Shown: in pieces, positions 18,989 to 29,286 of the stretch
How the letters are laid out: each line of letters opens with the position of its first letter
Numbering within the stretch: the first letter of the stretch is position 1
Assembly: GCA_964583975.1 (NCBI GenBank)
Contig: CAZOXU010000005.1
Coordinates: 2,034-66,033, forward strand
Reading direction: 5' to 3'
Length of the DNA: 64,000 nt
Origin: an uncultured Planctomycetales bacterium
GTDB taxonomy: Bacteria > Omnitrophota > Gorgyraeia > Zapsychrales > Fredricksoniimonadaceae
Made by a program: the position numbers and the translations under genes
The notes under the pieces: generated by a model
The model's input: the letters and a program-made list of their open reading frames with translations, nothing else
The model's database searches: none
What the model was told of the DNA's origin: nothing

Positions 18989-20248
18989 CTATAGTGTCAA
19001 TCGATTATTACGCGACTTCCCTGCCGGCAGGCAGGTTAAGCCTAATGATTTCATATCTTTAACAAAATCTGGGTAGGATTTACGACAGGATTCTATGCCT
19101 CTAATTTGACAGCCAATTTTCATCCCTAAAACACTCCACGCCATGGCTAAGCGATGATCATGGTGACTGTCTAATATCTGATTGGCCTTATAAATATTCT
19201 TAGGATTAATAATTAAGGCATTCGATGTTTCTTTAATATCTGCCCCCACCTTAAGAAGCTCCTGACGCACGCTGCTAATACGATCAGACTCTTTAATACG
19301 CGCATGAAAGACATCTATAATCTTAGTAGGCCCTTTGGCAAACAATCCTAATACGGCCATAATAGGAACAAGATCGGGGCAATTCTTAAGCGAGAATGTC
19401 CCTCCCTGGAGTGTAAAAGGACCTTTGATCGAAATAGCTGTATCAGTCTTTTTATACAAAACTCCCATCCGTTTAAGAAATTCCATAATATGTCCGTCAG
19501 ACTGGATCAAATCATTTTTCAAATGACCTTTTAAAACAATATTAGATTTAAGCAAACTAGCAGCAGCCATAGAAAAAGCAGCCAATCCATAATCTGAAGG
19601 GACCACAAAATTCTTTAGGCCTTTAAATGCTTGATTACCTTTGACGAAATATTTTCGGGGAGCTAATTGCTTAATACGAATCCCTGCTCGAGCCAGAATC
19701 TGATTAGTCATGACAATATAATCAGCTGAGACCATTTCTTTACCCGTGATGATAATATGACTATCTTCTTCAAGTCGAGGCAAAGCAATCAATAAGGCAG
19801 AGATAAATTGAGAACTTAAAGAACCATCAATCTTAATTACCCCTCCCTTTAACTTGCCTCCTTGGTACACCATAGGTACTGACTCTTTGGCTCCCTCACC
19901 TTGAATATCCATCCCTTGATGACGCAATGCTGCACACAAATGATGATTAGGCCTTCCAATTAAGGTTCCCTTTCCTTTAATCGTAGCTCGGGAGGTATGA
20001 AAAGGTAACAAGGGCAATAAAAAGCGTAGACTAGTGCCTGATTCACCAACATTAAAAAATTTGGATCGTCGCTTTAAGGCTTTAGAAATATTTTGGGCAA
20101 CGATGGCATCTTCGCAATTGGAAGGATGAATGATCTTCGATCTGCCTCCACAAGCGGCAATAATTAAAGCCCTTATGGAGTAAGACTTTGAAGCTGGCAG
20201 ACGGATCTGGCCTTTTAATAATTTTACAGGGGAAACATTTAAAATCAT
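18989..20248 (-). CDS. murA: UDP-N-acetylglucosamine 1-carboxyvinyltransferase
   Basis: 419 aa with the EPSP-synthase/MurA fold (KSYSIRALIIAA...; ...DHRLAMAWSVLG). It overlaps the upstream coiled-coil gene by 4 nt. Confidence 0.9.
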   Translation of the reverse strand: MILNVSPVKLLKGQIRLPASKSYSIRALIIAACGGRSKIIHPSNCEDAIVAQNISKALKRRSKFFNVGESGTSLRFLLPLLPFHTSRATIKGKGTLIGRPNHHLCAALRHQGMDIQGEGAKESVPMVYQGGKLKGGVIKIDGSLSSQFISALLIALPRLEEDSHIIITGKEMVSADYIVMTNQILARAGIRIKQLAPRKYFVKGNQAFKGLKNFVVPSDYGLAAFSMAAASLLKSNIVLKGHLKNDLIQSDGHIMEFLKRMGVLYKKTDTAISIKGPFTLQGGTFSLKNCPDLVPIMAVLGLFAKGPTKIIDVFHARIKESDRISSVRQELLKVGADIKETSNALIINPKNIYKANQILDSHHDHRLAMAWSVLGMKIGCQIRGIESCRKSYPDFVKDMKSLGLTCLPAGKSRNNRLTL

Positions 20249-21045
20249 GATTGTTTGAGTACTACAATATCATTCTTACGGACATTTCGGCTGGAAAGTG
20301 GTGCAACAAAATCTGCAGCAGACATCTCATCTTGGATACGAGAAATCTTTAAGTCTCCTAAATATTGATCCTCCCTATATACAGACAAAAGATCTCCTAA
20401 CCTAACCCCCTTAGTCGATCCTAAATTACAAATAACAAATTCAGACTCGCGATCCACACTTAATATTCGTCCCTTATCAAGATTATCTCCAACAACAATT
20501 TTCTCTAACTCCAACTTATTCTTGTTTTGTGCCGGAGCTGGAACTTCTGAATTATTCGACTTGGCGCGTTCAAGATTTGATTGATCAATAGTACTGATTC
20601 TTGCTTGTAATTCTTTTGCTTTATCCAATTGGGCTTTCAACATCTCTTGGCTTTCTTGAAATTTCTTAACTCTATCATCTAGATCAGCCTTGATCGCCTC
20701 TTTTTCTTTTTTAACAGTCTCTATAGCTTCTTTCAAAGTAGCATTTTCTTTCTTCAATGCAGTGCGAAGCCCATCACTAAGCTCCATCTCATCCATCAGA
20801 CTGTTAATCTTATTATCAGCTTCTTTATTTTTATCTTGTAATAAGACTAATTGTTTCCTGGTATCCTTAAGATCGGCTGTTAATTTGTCTTGCGCTTGTC
20901 GACTTTCTTCTAATTGTGCTTCAAGGTTTTTACGCATTTGGTTTTCTTTTTGAAACATAAAAAACCCTATGGCTGTTGAGGAAATCAACAGGAGCCCAAT
21001 AAGAATGATAAAAATCGTTGAAGTTCTTCCTTTGGAGTTATTCAT
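20245..21045 (-). CDS. Membrane-anchored coiled-coil protein with C-terminal beta domain (unknown function; heads the murA-mreBC cluster)
   Basis: 266 aa. One N-terminal TM helix is followed by about 150 aa of heptad-rich coiled-coil (EAQLEESRQAQDKL...) and a C-terminal domain of about 70 aa. Confidence 0.5.
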   Translation of the reverse strand: MNNSKGRTSTIFIILIGLLLISSTAIGFFMFQKENQMRKNLEAQLEESRQAQDKLTADLKDTRKQLVLLQDKNKEADNKINSLMDEMELSDGLRTALKKENATLKEAIETVKKEKEAIKADLDDRVKKFQESQEMLKAQLDKAKELQARISTIDQSNLERAKSNNSEVPAPAQNKNKLELEKIVVGDNLDKGRILSVDRESEFVICNLGSTKGVRLGDLLSVYREDQYLGDLKISRIQDEMSAADFVAPLSSRNVRKNDIVVLKQS

Positions 21046-21119
21046 CTTATTTATTATAAAAAAATCTTCTTGAGAGTAAAGGTTTAATTACCCTAATTTT
21101 GGTATCCGCCAAAGGCGAA

Positions 21120-22019
21120 TCAGCCTTTGAATGTTAAAAATTCAGGCGGCAATGGGCAAGAGAATTCTATTAACTCCTTGGTAATAGGATGGTTAAAGCA
21201 AATGCTCTGAGCATGTAATGCTAGCCTTGAAAAAGACTCTTTGCGGCCATACTTCTCATCCCCCAAAATCGGATGTCCTAAATGTTTCATATGCACCCTT
21301 AACTGATGGGTTCGCCCTGTTTGTGGAAAAAGAGCCACCAAGGTCGAAGACTTAAAACGTTTCAAAACTTGATAAAGCGTACTAGCTTCTTTTCCTTCAC
21401 CTTCTTCTACAATGCTGCGCTGATCATGATATTTATAATGGCGACCTATCTCCGCGTTAATGACTCCTTGGTCAAACTGAACAACCCCCTGCACAATAGC
21501 CACATAACGTTTGATGACAGTGTGTTTTTCAAATTGTCGAGCCAGACGCGCATGGGCCAGATTGGTTTTAGCAACAATAATAAGACCTGATGTATCTTTA
21601 TCCAGACGATGGATAATACCAGGCCGGACAGGACCATTGACATCTGAAAGTTCTTCAAATTTTCCAAGCAAAGCATTCACAAGCGTACCTGTCTGGTCCC
21701 CGCTCGCTGGATGAACAGTTAATCCAGAAGGTTTATTAATCACAATAATATCCGGATCTTCATAAAAAACATCCAACGCCATTTTCTGGGCTGGCAAATC
21801 TTTAGGACCAAAGGCGGAAGAATCAATATCAACCTCTACCTTGTCTCCTAGAGCAACCTTATACTTGGTCTTCTGAGGTTTGCCATTAACCAAAACTTGA
21901 TCTGAATCGATAAACTTTTTGATAAAAGTACGCGATGGAAGATTTTCAATCACATGGGTGAGATAAATATCTAGACGTAAATCCTGATGGGCTTCTTCAA
22001 CCGTAAATTTGTGTTTCAT
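21120..22019 (-). CDS. rluD: 23S rRNA pseudouridine synthase, RluD-like (S4 + RluA domains)
   Basis: 299 aa with an S4-like N-terminus and the catalytic motif HRLDKDTSGLIIVAK. Confidence 0.85.
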   Translation of the reverse strand: MKHKFTVEEAHQDLRLDIYLTHVIENLPSRTFIKKFIDSDQVLVNGKPQKTKYKVALGDKVEVDIDSSAFGPKDLPAQKMALDVFYEDPDIIVINKPSGLTVHPASGDQTGTLVNALLGKFEELSDVNGPVRPGIIHRLDKDTSGLIIVAKTNLAHARLARQFEKHTVIKRYVAIVQGVVQFDQGVINAEIGRHYKYHDQRSIVEEGEGKEASTLYQVLKRFKSSTLVALFPQTGRTHQLRVHMKHLGHPILGDEKYGRKESFSRLALHAQSICFNHPITKELIEFSCPLPPEFLTFKG

Positions 22020-22738
22020 CGCTTAAATTTCCAGAACAAAAAACCACCAATGATGATCATGGCTAAAGAGATATACTGAAACAAACTCAAACCTCCCCAC
22101 AGAACATCATGGTCAGCCCGATAAAATTCCACAATAAAACGTTCGAGAGCAGCTAGCCATAAATACAGAACAAAAATCATTCCCGTACGATGAGGCTGGC
22201 GTTGAGCATATTTAAGAATGAAAAAAGCTAAAAAAAGCCCCCCGGTTTCATAAAGTTGAGTTGGAATAAGCTTAGCATGGTGGACCGGAAAATAAAGCCC
22301 CCAAGCCACTGGTTTTCCATAACAACATCCATTAAAAAAACAACCTAACCGCCCAATCGCTTGTCCCAGAGCAATGTACGGAGCTACTAGATCTATAAAA
22401 GTTCTTAACTTTAATTTTTTAAATTTTACAAACCATACGCCTGCTAAACACCCTCCCAACAATCCTCCCTGCCAAGCTAAACCACCATGCATAATCATGA
22501 TTATTTCTAATGGATTTTCACTGAAATAATCCCACAGTAAAAATACATAAAAGATCCTGGCTCCAATAATACCCCAGGCCACTACCCAAAACATTAAATC
22601 ATAAATAACTTCAGGAAGAATTTTATAAACTTTAGCATCTCGGCTTAATAAGAAAGCACATACAACCGCAGCTATAGCGATCATCGCGCCATAGGAATAA
22701 ACAGTGATGGGGCCTATTTGGAAGAGGATGGGATGCAT
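22016..22738 (-). CDS. lgt: Prolipoprotein diacylglyceryl transferase
   Basis: 240 aa. MHPILFQIGPITVYSYG and GRLGCFFNGCCYGKP are the Lgt signature motifs. Confidence 0.85.
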   Translation of the reverse strand: MHPILFQIGPITVYSYGAMIAIAAVVCAFLLSRDAKVYKILPEVIYDLMFWVVAWGIIGARIFYVFLLWDYFSENPLEIIMIMHGGLAWQGGLLGGCLAGVWFVKFKKLKLRTFIDLVAPYIALGQAIGRLGCFFNGCCYGKPVAWGLYFPVHHAKLIPTQLYETGGLFLAFFILKYAQRQPHRTGMIFVLYLWLAALERFIVEFYRADHDVLWGGLSLFQYISLAMIIIGGFLFWKFKR

Positions 22739-23193
22739 TTTAATAAAATAATGGCTGCACCAATGGTGATAGCACTATCAGCTACATTAAACACCGGCCA
22801 AATGCGAAAATCAATAAAATCTATGACATACCCTAAAGAAATGCGGTCAATCAAATTACCGATAGCCCCGCCTAAAATCAAAGAAAAAGCTGTAATATAA
22901 ATTCGGCTTAATTGTTGGGCGTGCTGATAGTAATAAATATTATAGATGAGCAGTCCTGTTAAGACGACTGGGATAACAAAAAAGACAAAACCGCAATCTT
23001 TAAAAAGACCAAAGGCAATCCCTGTATTATGAACCAGAGTAAAATGAAAAATATTCTTAAAAATAATCAGAGAATCATTAACGTCTAAAAGATTGGAAAA
23101 GAAGATTTTGCTAAATCTATCTAGGACAATAGTACCTAATACGCCAGAAATAAAAATAGCAATATCTATTTTAGAACGCTTAAGATCATTCAT
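22714..23193 (-). CDS. lspA: Lipoprotein signal peptidase II
   Basis: 159 aa with 4 TM helices, NTGIAFGL, and the C-terminal VIDFIDFRIWPVFNVADSAI. Confidence 0.85.
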   Translation of the reverse strand: MNDLKRSKIDIAIFISGVLGTIVLDRFSKIFFSNLLDVNDSLIIFKNIFHFTLVHNTGIAFGLFKDCGFVFFVIPVVLTGLLIYNIYYYQHAQQLSRIYITAFSLILGGAIGNLIDRISLGYVIDFIDFRIWPVFNVADSAITIGAAIILLKCIPSSSK

Positions 23194-23199
23194 GAGAAC

Positions 23200-23601
23200 T
23201 TATTTTCGACGAGATTCAAGCTTTTCCTGACACTTCAGACATGTCTGAGCATGTGGCAAAGCTTTTAAACGCGTAGCAGCAATAGGTTTCTTACAATCAA
23301 CACAAGTTCCATAGGTGCCATCTTCAATCCGTTTCATCGCATCATTAATACGCACCAATAATTCTCTATCATTAGCGGCAAGACCCATTGCAAATTCACG
23401 ATCATACATATCGGTCGCCACATCAGCCATATGCAAGGCATGGCCTGACACATCGCCACCACCATCATTAGCAGAACCTGCATTATCATCAGAAAGATTT
23501 CTGATATCTCCAGAAATTTGATCCTTGATCTTGATGAGTAATTTTCTGTAAACTTCTAATTTAGGATTGATTTTAACTCTTCTTCTTTTAATGGGAGGCA
23601 T
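23200..23601 (-). CDS. DksA/TraR-family C4 zinc-finger protein
   Basis: 133 aa with a coiled-coil N-terminal half and the C-terminal zinc finger CVDCKKPIAATRLKALPHAQTCLKCQ. Confidence 0.7.
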   Translation of the reverse strand: MPPIKRRRVKINPKLEVYRKLLIKIKDQISGDIRNLSDDNAGSANDGGGDVSGHALHMADVATDMYDREFAMGLAANDRELLVRINDAMKRIEDGTYGTCVDCKKPIAATRLKALPHAQTCLKCQEKLESRRK

Positions 23602-23611
23602 TAATGATCTC

Positions 23612-26443
23612 CTACTTTAGATTTTCCACTACTTGCGCACAATTCCCGCACAAGCTTGGATGATTGTTATTTTTTCCTATATCCACCCGATAATTCCAAC
23701 AACGAGAACATTTCTGACCATCAGCATTGTGAACTTCTATAGATGTTTGAGCAAAATATTCGTTTAATCCTTGGCTTACTTGAGCGACCTTTTCAATCTT
23801 TACTTGCGAAACAATAAAATAAGCGGCTAACTGAGATTCAAAACTGCTTAAATAATCAAAATCACGAGCGCTGGCTGTCTTAATAAGCACCTTGGCTTGT
23901 AATCCACTGCCAATGACCCCCTGTTTTCTTTGTTCATCTAAGGCTTTAAGAACAAAAGGCCGAAAATCAATGAGCACCTTAAATTTATTTTCGATCTGTG
24001 TACTAAACCATTGTGGATCAATCACAGGCCAGCTTAACAAATGTACACTAGAGTCTGATGAAGTCTTTTGACTTGAAGGAGTTATGGCAAATATCTCCTC
24101 TGAAGTCACCACCATAATCGGAGCAATCAAACGCGTTAAATTATTTAAAATATGATAAAGAACGCTCTGTGCTGACTTCCTTTCGAGCGATAAAGCGGGG
24201 CAAGTATACAAGCGGTCCTTAAGGATGTCAAGATAAATGCTCGAAAGATCTTCATTACAAAAGCTATGAATTGTTTTGTAAACCTTTACAAAATCATAAG
24301 CTTCATAAGCACCATCAACTTCTTTAATAACACAAGCCAGCCGATTTAAGGCCCATCGATCCAGATCCAAAAGCTTGTCATAACTCAATAAATCATTATC
24401 AGGAGTAAAATCACTCAAATTGCCTAAAAGATAGCGAACTGTGTTACGAATTTTACGGTAAGAATCCACCAAACGATCCACGATTTCTTTAGAAATGCGC
24501 ACATCATCATTATAAGAACTTGAAGCGACCCACAAGCGCAGGATCTCTGCTCCATGGTCCTTAATCATATCTTGAGGTGAAACCACATTTCCAAGAGATT
24601 TGGACATCTTTCTTCCCTGCCCATCCACCACAAAACCATGGGTCAAGACCTGGCGATATGGCGCCTTACCATCAATCGCCACTGATGGGATCAAGGATGA
24701 TTGGAACCATCCGCGATGTTGATCAGAACCTTCTAGATAAAGATCTGCAGGCAAAGGTGAATTAATCAAGGTATGAAACACCGCTTGATGTGAAACACCC
24801 GAATCAAACCAGACATCCAGGATATCATGGGTCTTTTCAAACGTATTGCCTCCACAATTGGGGCATTTAAATCCTGGTGGTAGCAGATCTTTCACATCCT
24901 TTTCAAACCACACATCCGACCCTTGAGTTTTCACAAGTTGGGCTAAGTAGACAATGACATCAACAAATAATTTATGTTCTCCCTTACATCCAGCACAAGC
25001 CAAAGCTGGGATAGGAACACCCCAAAGCCGCTGGCGAGACAAACACCAATCGGGACGGGTTGTTACCATCGCTGAAATACGCTCACGGCCTGCTGGCGGA
25101 ACCCATTGCACTTCATTCTCAATAGCACTTTTTAACTTCTCTCTTAGATTATTATGAGAGACATTCAAAAACCACTGTTCGGTGGCTCGAAAGATCACAG
25201 GATTCTTGCATCGCCAGCAATGTGGATACGAGTGTTGAATATTTTCGGTGACGAATAATTCTCCGCGCTTCTTGAGCTCTTCAATGATCACATCATTGGC
25301 TTTAAAAACATGCTGCCCTGTAAATGGTGCACCATCTTCGTTAAATACACCCTTACTGTTGACTGGCATCAAAATCGGCAATTTGTACTTCAGCCCTGTT
25401 TGATAATCTTCCTGACCGTGGCCCGGAGCTGTATGCACCAAACCAGTACCATCTTCCTTGGTCACATAATCGACATTTACCACAGGACAATCTTTTAATT
25501 TATCAAACGGATGGTGGTAGGTAAGCTTGATTAGATCCTTACCCTTCACTTCCTTAACAATTTTCGCGGTGATATTATTCTTAGCAAAGATAGTCTCAGA
25601 CAAATTTTTCTCAACAATGACAATCTCTTGTCCTAGATCAGCTAAGACATAGGTAAAATCAGCATGAGTAGCCACAGCCACGTTAGCCAATAAGGTCCAA
25701 GGAGTAGTTGTCCAAATAAGTAAGGATACAGGTTTAACAAAAGTCTGCCCCAGCGCTTGTGAGTTATTAACCTTAAATTTCACATAGACTGTTGGTGAGG
25801 AGTGATCTTCATACTCAACCTCTGCCTCGGCAAGCGCGGTCTCGCATGAAAAGCACCAGTTTACTGGCTTTAAGCTACGATAAACATACCCTTTATCCAC
25901 CAAGGTGGCCAAAGATTTCAGGATCCAATATTCATATTCGGGGGCTAAGGTCAAATAAGGATTATCCCATTGTCCCCAAATCCCCAGCCGCTTAAACTCT
26001 TCGCGTTGAATTCCCACAAACTTCATCGCATACTCATGAGCTTTCTTACGAAAGACAACTGTATCAAAATCACCCTTCTTAGCCTTTAAGTCCTTAAGCA
26101 ACTGGTGCTCAATAGGTAGTCCATGACAGTCCCAGCCAGGCACATACAAAGCATCAAAACCCTTCATGCTCTTGTAACGAACAATAATATCTTTCAAAAC
26201 CTTATTAAGGGCATGGCCGATGTGGATATGTCCATTGGCATACGGTGGGCCATCATGCAAAATAAAAGGCTTACGGCCTTTAGATCTAGCACGCAAAGAC
26301 TGATAAATCTTATCATTTTCCCACTTAGCCAGAAACTGTGGTTCTCTTTGCGCCAGATTTGCTTTCATCGCAAAGTCAGTTTTAGGCAGATTCAGTGTTT
26401 TTTGATAATCAGTGTTACTGGATGTATTTTCCGATGATGACAT
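23612..26443 (-). CDS. ileS: Isoleucine--tRNA ligase
   Basis: 943 aa. It has HDGPPYANGHIHIGHALNK (HIGH), KMSKSLGN (KMSKS) and a C-terminal Cys4 zinc finger (CSRCWNY...CGNC). It sits in the classical ileS-lspA neighbourhood. Confidence 0.95.
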   Translation of the reverse strand: MSSSENTSSNTDYQKTLNLPKTDFAMKANLAQREPQFLAKWENDKIYQSLRARSKGRKPFILHDGPPYANGHIHIGHALNKVLKDIIVRYKSMKGFDALYVPGWDCHGLPIEHQLLKDLKAKKGDFDTVVFRKKAHEYAMKFVGIQREEFKRLGIWGQWDNPYLTLAPEYEYWILKSLATLVDKGYVYRSLKPVNWCFSCETALAEAEVEYEDHSSPTVYVKFKVNNSQALGQTFVKPVSLLIWTTTPWTLLANVAVATHADFTYVLADLGQEIVIVEKNLSETIFAKNNITAKIVKEVKGKDLIKLTYHHPFDKLKDCPVVNVDYVTKEDGTGLVHTAPGHGQEDYQTGLKYKLPILMPVNSKGVFNEDGAPFTGQHVFKANDVIIEELKKRGELFVTENIQHSYPHCWRCKNPVIFRATEQWFLNVSHNNLREKLKSAIENEVQWVPPAGRERISAMVTTRPDWCLSRQRLWGVPIPALACAGCKGEHKLFVDVIVYLAQLVKTQGSDVWFEKDVKDLLPPGFKCPNCGGNTFEKTHDILDVWFDSGVSHQAVFHTLINSPLPADLYLEGSDQHRGWFQSSLIPSVAIDGKAPYRQVLTHGFVVDGQGRKMSKSLGNVVSPQDMIKDHGAEILRLWVASSSYNDDVRISKEIVDRLVDSYRKIRNTVRYLLGNLSDFTPDNDLLSYDKLLDLDRWALNRLACVIKEVDGAYEAYDFVKVYKTIHSFCNEDLSSIYLDILKDRLYTCPALSLERKSAQSVLYHILNNLTRLIAPIMVVTSEEIFAITPSSQKTSSDSSVHLLSWPVIDPQWFSTQIENKFKVLIDFRPFVLKALDEQRKQGVIGSGLQAKVLIKTASARDFDYLSSFESQLAAYFIVSQVKIEKVAQVSQGLNEYFAQTSIEVHNADGQKCSRCWNYRVDIGKNNNHPSLCGNCAQVVENLK

Positions 26444-27275
26444 CTAATTCCTTTTTCTTTTTTGCAGTAATCTTATCACGAGAGGTAATGATAGCAAATT
26501 TCAACGCCTCTGCCGCAGAGAACTTCTTTAATTTTCCTACCCTTGGAATAGCTGCTCTTAAAATCTTCTTGGCATTACCCACATTTTGATGCAAATTATG
26601 AATAATCATTTCCACAGTCACAGAATCATGATCTGGATGCCAGCAATCATAATCGGTCACGGCAGCCAAGGTCGCATAAGAAATCTCTGCCTCGCGAGCC
26701 AGCTTTGCTTCTGTAAGATTGGTCATGCCAATAATATCCATGCCCCAGCTGCGATACAAATTAGATTCGGCTTTTGTTGAAAACTGCGGACCTTCCATAT
26801 TCACATAGGTCCCGCCCCGATGCGCCTTAATTTTTAGGGATTTAGCTGTAGAATCAATAATGTCGGCAATCTCAGGACTAATCGGATCAGCAAATGCCAC
26901 GTGCGCCACAATGCCACCACTAAAAAACGTATCGATTCTTCCCTTACGGGTTCGATCCAAAAACTGATCTGGAATCACAAAATCCATAGGTCTATATTCT
27001 TTTTTCAAACTTCCACAGGCAGAAACAGAAATGATCCCCTCAACCCCGAGCTTCTTCATTCCATAAATATTGGCACGAAAATTAATCTCAGAAGGAGAAA
27101 TGGCATGACCGCGACCGTGCCGAGGCAGGAACACTACCTTCGTATTATCAATCTCGCCAGTGACATACGCATCCGATGGATCACCAAAAGGAGTCTTTAA
27201 CTTAACTTCCTTAACCTTGTTAATCCCTTCCATCTGGTAAAGTCCGCTACCACCGATTACACCGACAATGGCCAT
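26415..27275 (-). CDS. mtnP: S-methyl-5'-thioadenosine phosphorylase (PNP family 2)
   Basis: 286 aa starting MAIVGVIGGSGLY, with the conserved GPQFST.. and TNLTEAKLAREAE motifs. Confidence 0.85.
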   Translation of the reverse strand: MAIVGVIGGSGLYQMEGINKVKEVKLKTPFGDPSDAYVTGEIDNTKVVFLPRHGRGHAISPSEINFRANIYGMKKLGVEGIISVSACGSLKKEYRPMDFVIPDQFLDRTRKGRIDTFFSGGIVAHVAFADPISPEIADIIDSTAKSLKIKAHRGGTYVNMEGPQFSTKAESNLYRSWGMDIIGMTNLTEAKLAREAEISYATLAAVTDYDCWHPDHDSVTVEMIIHNLHQNVGNAKKILRAAIPRVGKLKKFSAAEALKFAIITSRDKITAKKKKELDVIIGKYIQ

Positions 27276-27285
27276 ATCCTATCCT

Positions 27286-28098
27286 TTATTTAGCTAATTC
27301 TCTGGCTCGGTTTTTAGCAGCTGATAAAGCATTTTTCATCAACTGATCCAATCGACCTTTAGAAAAAACATCCATCGCTGCTTGTGTTGTGCCCCCTTTA
27401 GAGGTAACCTTGGCACGCAAAGTAGCTGCATCGAACTCGCTTTGTTCTAATAAATGTGCGCTTCCTAAAAGAGTTTGATAAACCAATTGCCGAGCTTGGG
27501 TGGCATCGAATCCTAATTGCCTAGCAGCTGCGATCCATTGCTCGACAAACAAAAACACATAAGCAGGACCACTACCTGAAACGGCCGTGACGGCATCAAT
27601 CATGGATTCTTTCACCACAACTGTCGCACCTATGGTCTGTAAAATCTTCTGTGCTGTTTTAATATCTGCAGATGTTGCATATTTACCAGCACAAATGGCT
27701 GTAATGCCTTGGGCGATCAATGCTGGCATATTAGGCATGGTACGAATGATTCGTGCGTTTGGACTTGTCTTGGAATTTAAATGCTTCTCAAAAAACGTTG
27801 TAGTTAAACCAGCAGCAATAGAGATAATTAATTTCTCTTTTTTCGAGAACTCTTTCTCTACTCTCACATAAGAAAGAACCGCATGCATATCCTGAGGCTT
27901 TACAGCCAAGATGAGAACATTAGCTTGATGAATGGTTTCATCAATGTCTTCTATGCTCAGGCGGTATTTCTTCTTTAAGAATGCGGCTCTTTTAGTATCT
28001 GCTTCAGTGACATATAAAATATGGCTAGAATGCAGACCTTTAATCAAGGCCTCACCCATGTTCCCACCACCAATAATCCCAATTTTCAATTTAGGCAT
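27286..28098 (-). CDS. proC: Pyrroline-5-carboxylate reductase
   Basis: 270 aa starting KIGIIGGGNMGEALIKGL (Rossmann fold), with a ProC C-terminal dimerisation domain. Confidence 0.85.
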   Translation of the reverse strand: MPKLKIGIIGGGNMGEALIKGLHSSHILYVTEADTKRAAFLKKKYRLSIEDIDETIHQANVLILAVKPQDMHAVLSYVRVEKEFSKKEKLIISIAAGLTTTFFEKHLNSKTSPNARIIRTMPNMPALIAQGITAICAGKYATSADIKTAQKILQTIGATVVVKESMIDAVTAVSGSGPAYVFLFVEQWIAAARQLGFDATQARQLVYQTLLGSAHLLEQSEFDAATLRAKVTSKGGTTQAAMDVFSKGRLDQLMKNALSAAKNRARELAK

Positions 28099-28819
28099 TT
28101 TGCATTACCTCTTTAAAGATAGCACTACCCACACGAATCATGGTGGACCCCTCTTGAATAGCTATTTTGTAATCTCCACTCATACCCATCGATAAAATAC
28201 TTGTTTCAATTCTTGGATGTGATGAAAAATTGGTTTTGATTCGGTCTCTAATGGTGCGTAAATCTGCAAAAGTTTTTCGAATGATCCCCTGATCTTCAGT
28301 GTAAGGCGCCATGCACATGAAACCTTTGATCGCTACGTGTTCTAATTTGGCGATCGCTTCAATAAGAACCAAAGCTTCCTCAGCTTGAGCACCGAACTTC
28401 TGTTCCTCACGTGCTGTATTAAATTGGACGAGAATTTCAGCTACTTGATTGAGCTTAGCAGCTTGCTTTTCAATCTCTCCCGCTAACTTCAAACTATCTA
28501 CCGATTGGATTAAAGAGCAAACTTTAATGGCGTCCTTGGCCTTATTGGATTGCAAATGGCCAATAATGTGGGAACGTACCTGAGGATTCTTAACTAATAA
28601 AGGAGGAAATTTTTTCTCAGCCTCCTGAACTCGATTTTCAGCAATATGGATGATTCCAGCATCAATGGAATCTTGAATAGCTTCTAAAGGAGCATATTTG
28701 GTAACAGCAACCAAGAGGACTTCTTGAGGATTACGGCCTGCCTGGCGGCAAGCTTCTTGAAGCTGGGATTGGACTTTTTGGACGTTTTCTTTGACTGACA
28801 TAGGTTGATAAACTAACAC
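28091..28819 (-). CDS. yggS: YggS-family pyridoxal-phosphate homeostasis protein
   Basis: 242 aa with an alanine-racemase-N-like TIM barrel and a conserved Lys region (LVAVTKYAP). Confidence 0.8.
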   Translation of the reverse strand: MLVYQPMSVKENVQKVQSQLQEACRQAGRNPQEVLLVAVTKYAPLEAIQDSIDAGIIHIAENRVQEAEKKFPPLLVKNPQVRSHIIGHLQSNKAKDAIKVCSLIQSVDSLKLAGEIEKQAAKLNQVAEILVQFNTAREEQKFGAQAEEALVLIEAIAKLEHVAIKGFMCMAPYTEDQGIIRKTFADLRTIRDRIKTNFSSHPRIETSILSMGMSGDYKIAIQEGSTMIRVGSAIFKEVMQNA

Positions 28820-28859
28820 AAAAGCCAGACAGCGTCAACCCTTGGAACCGCTCTTTGAT

Positions 28860-28910
28860 ATCGCAATTTGCGACATCAAACTTGAGGTCGCAAATTGAGG
28901 CCTCAAGTTT
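28860..28910. promoter_or_regulatory. Two overlapping, mutually exclusive hairpins followed by a T-run (terminator or attenuator-like element)
   Basis: cgcaatttgcgac (28863-28875) pairs with gtcgcaaattg (28888-28898). cttgagg (28881-28887) pairs with cctcaag (28901-28907) and is followed by tttt. The second arm of helix 1 lies in the loop of helix 2. Confidence 0.45.
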
Positions 28911-28914
28911 TCAA

Positions 28915-29286
28915 TTAGCGCCAAAATCTTATAAGAATATACGAACCCACAATCCCAATACTATCAATCATAACATCATAAATCGAACTTGTACGGGAAG
29001 GGACAAAACTTTGATGGTATTCATCCAAGAGGGCGTATATTACAGAAAATACGACAGAACAAAGAAAAAGCTTCTTTGGATCTAGCTTAAACGAACCTTT
29101 AAGAGCCCTGTAGAATAAAATGTTAAGCATAAAGTATTCAAAAACATGAACGCATTTTCTTAAAGCTAAATCCACCAAGCCAGCTTCCACCTCTTCTAAT
29201 CCTGAACCGATCCTTGGTTGATTAGAAAAGTAAAAAATCATTCCAGCCCAAAAAATAACAGGCCCCCAAAGTTTAAGTATTTTCAT
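28915..29286 (-). CDS. VanZ-like family membrane protein
   Basis: 123 aa with 3-4 TM helices and a VanZ-like pattern (...LDEYHQSFVPSRTSSIYDVMIDSIGI...). Confidence 0.55.
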   Translation of the reverse strand: MKILKLWGPVIFWAGMIFYFSNQPRIGSGLEEVEAGLVDLALRKCVHVFEYFMLNILFYRALKGSFKLDPKKLFLCSVVFSVIYALLDEYHQSFVPSRTSSIYDVMIDSIGIVGSYILIRFWR

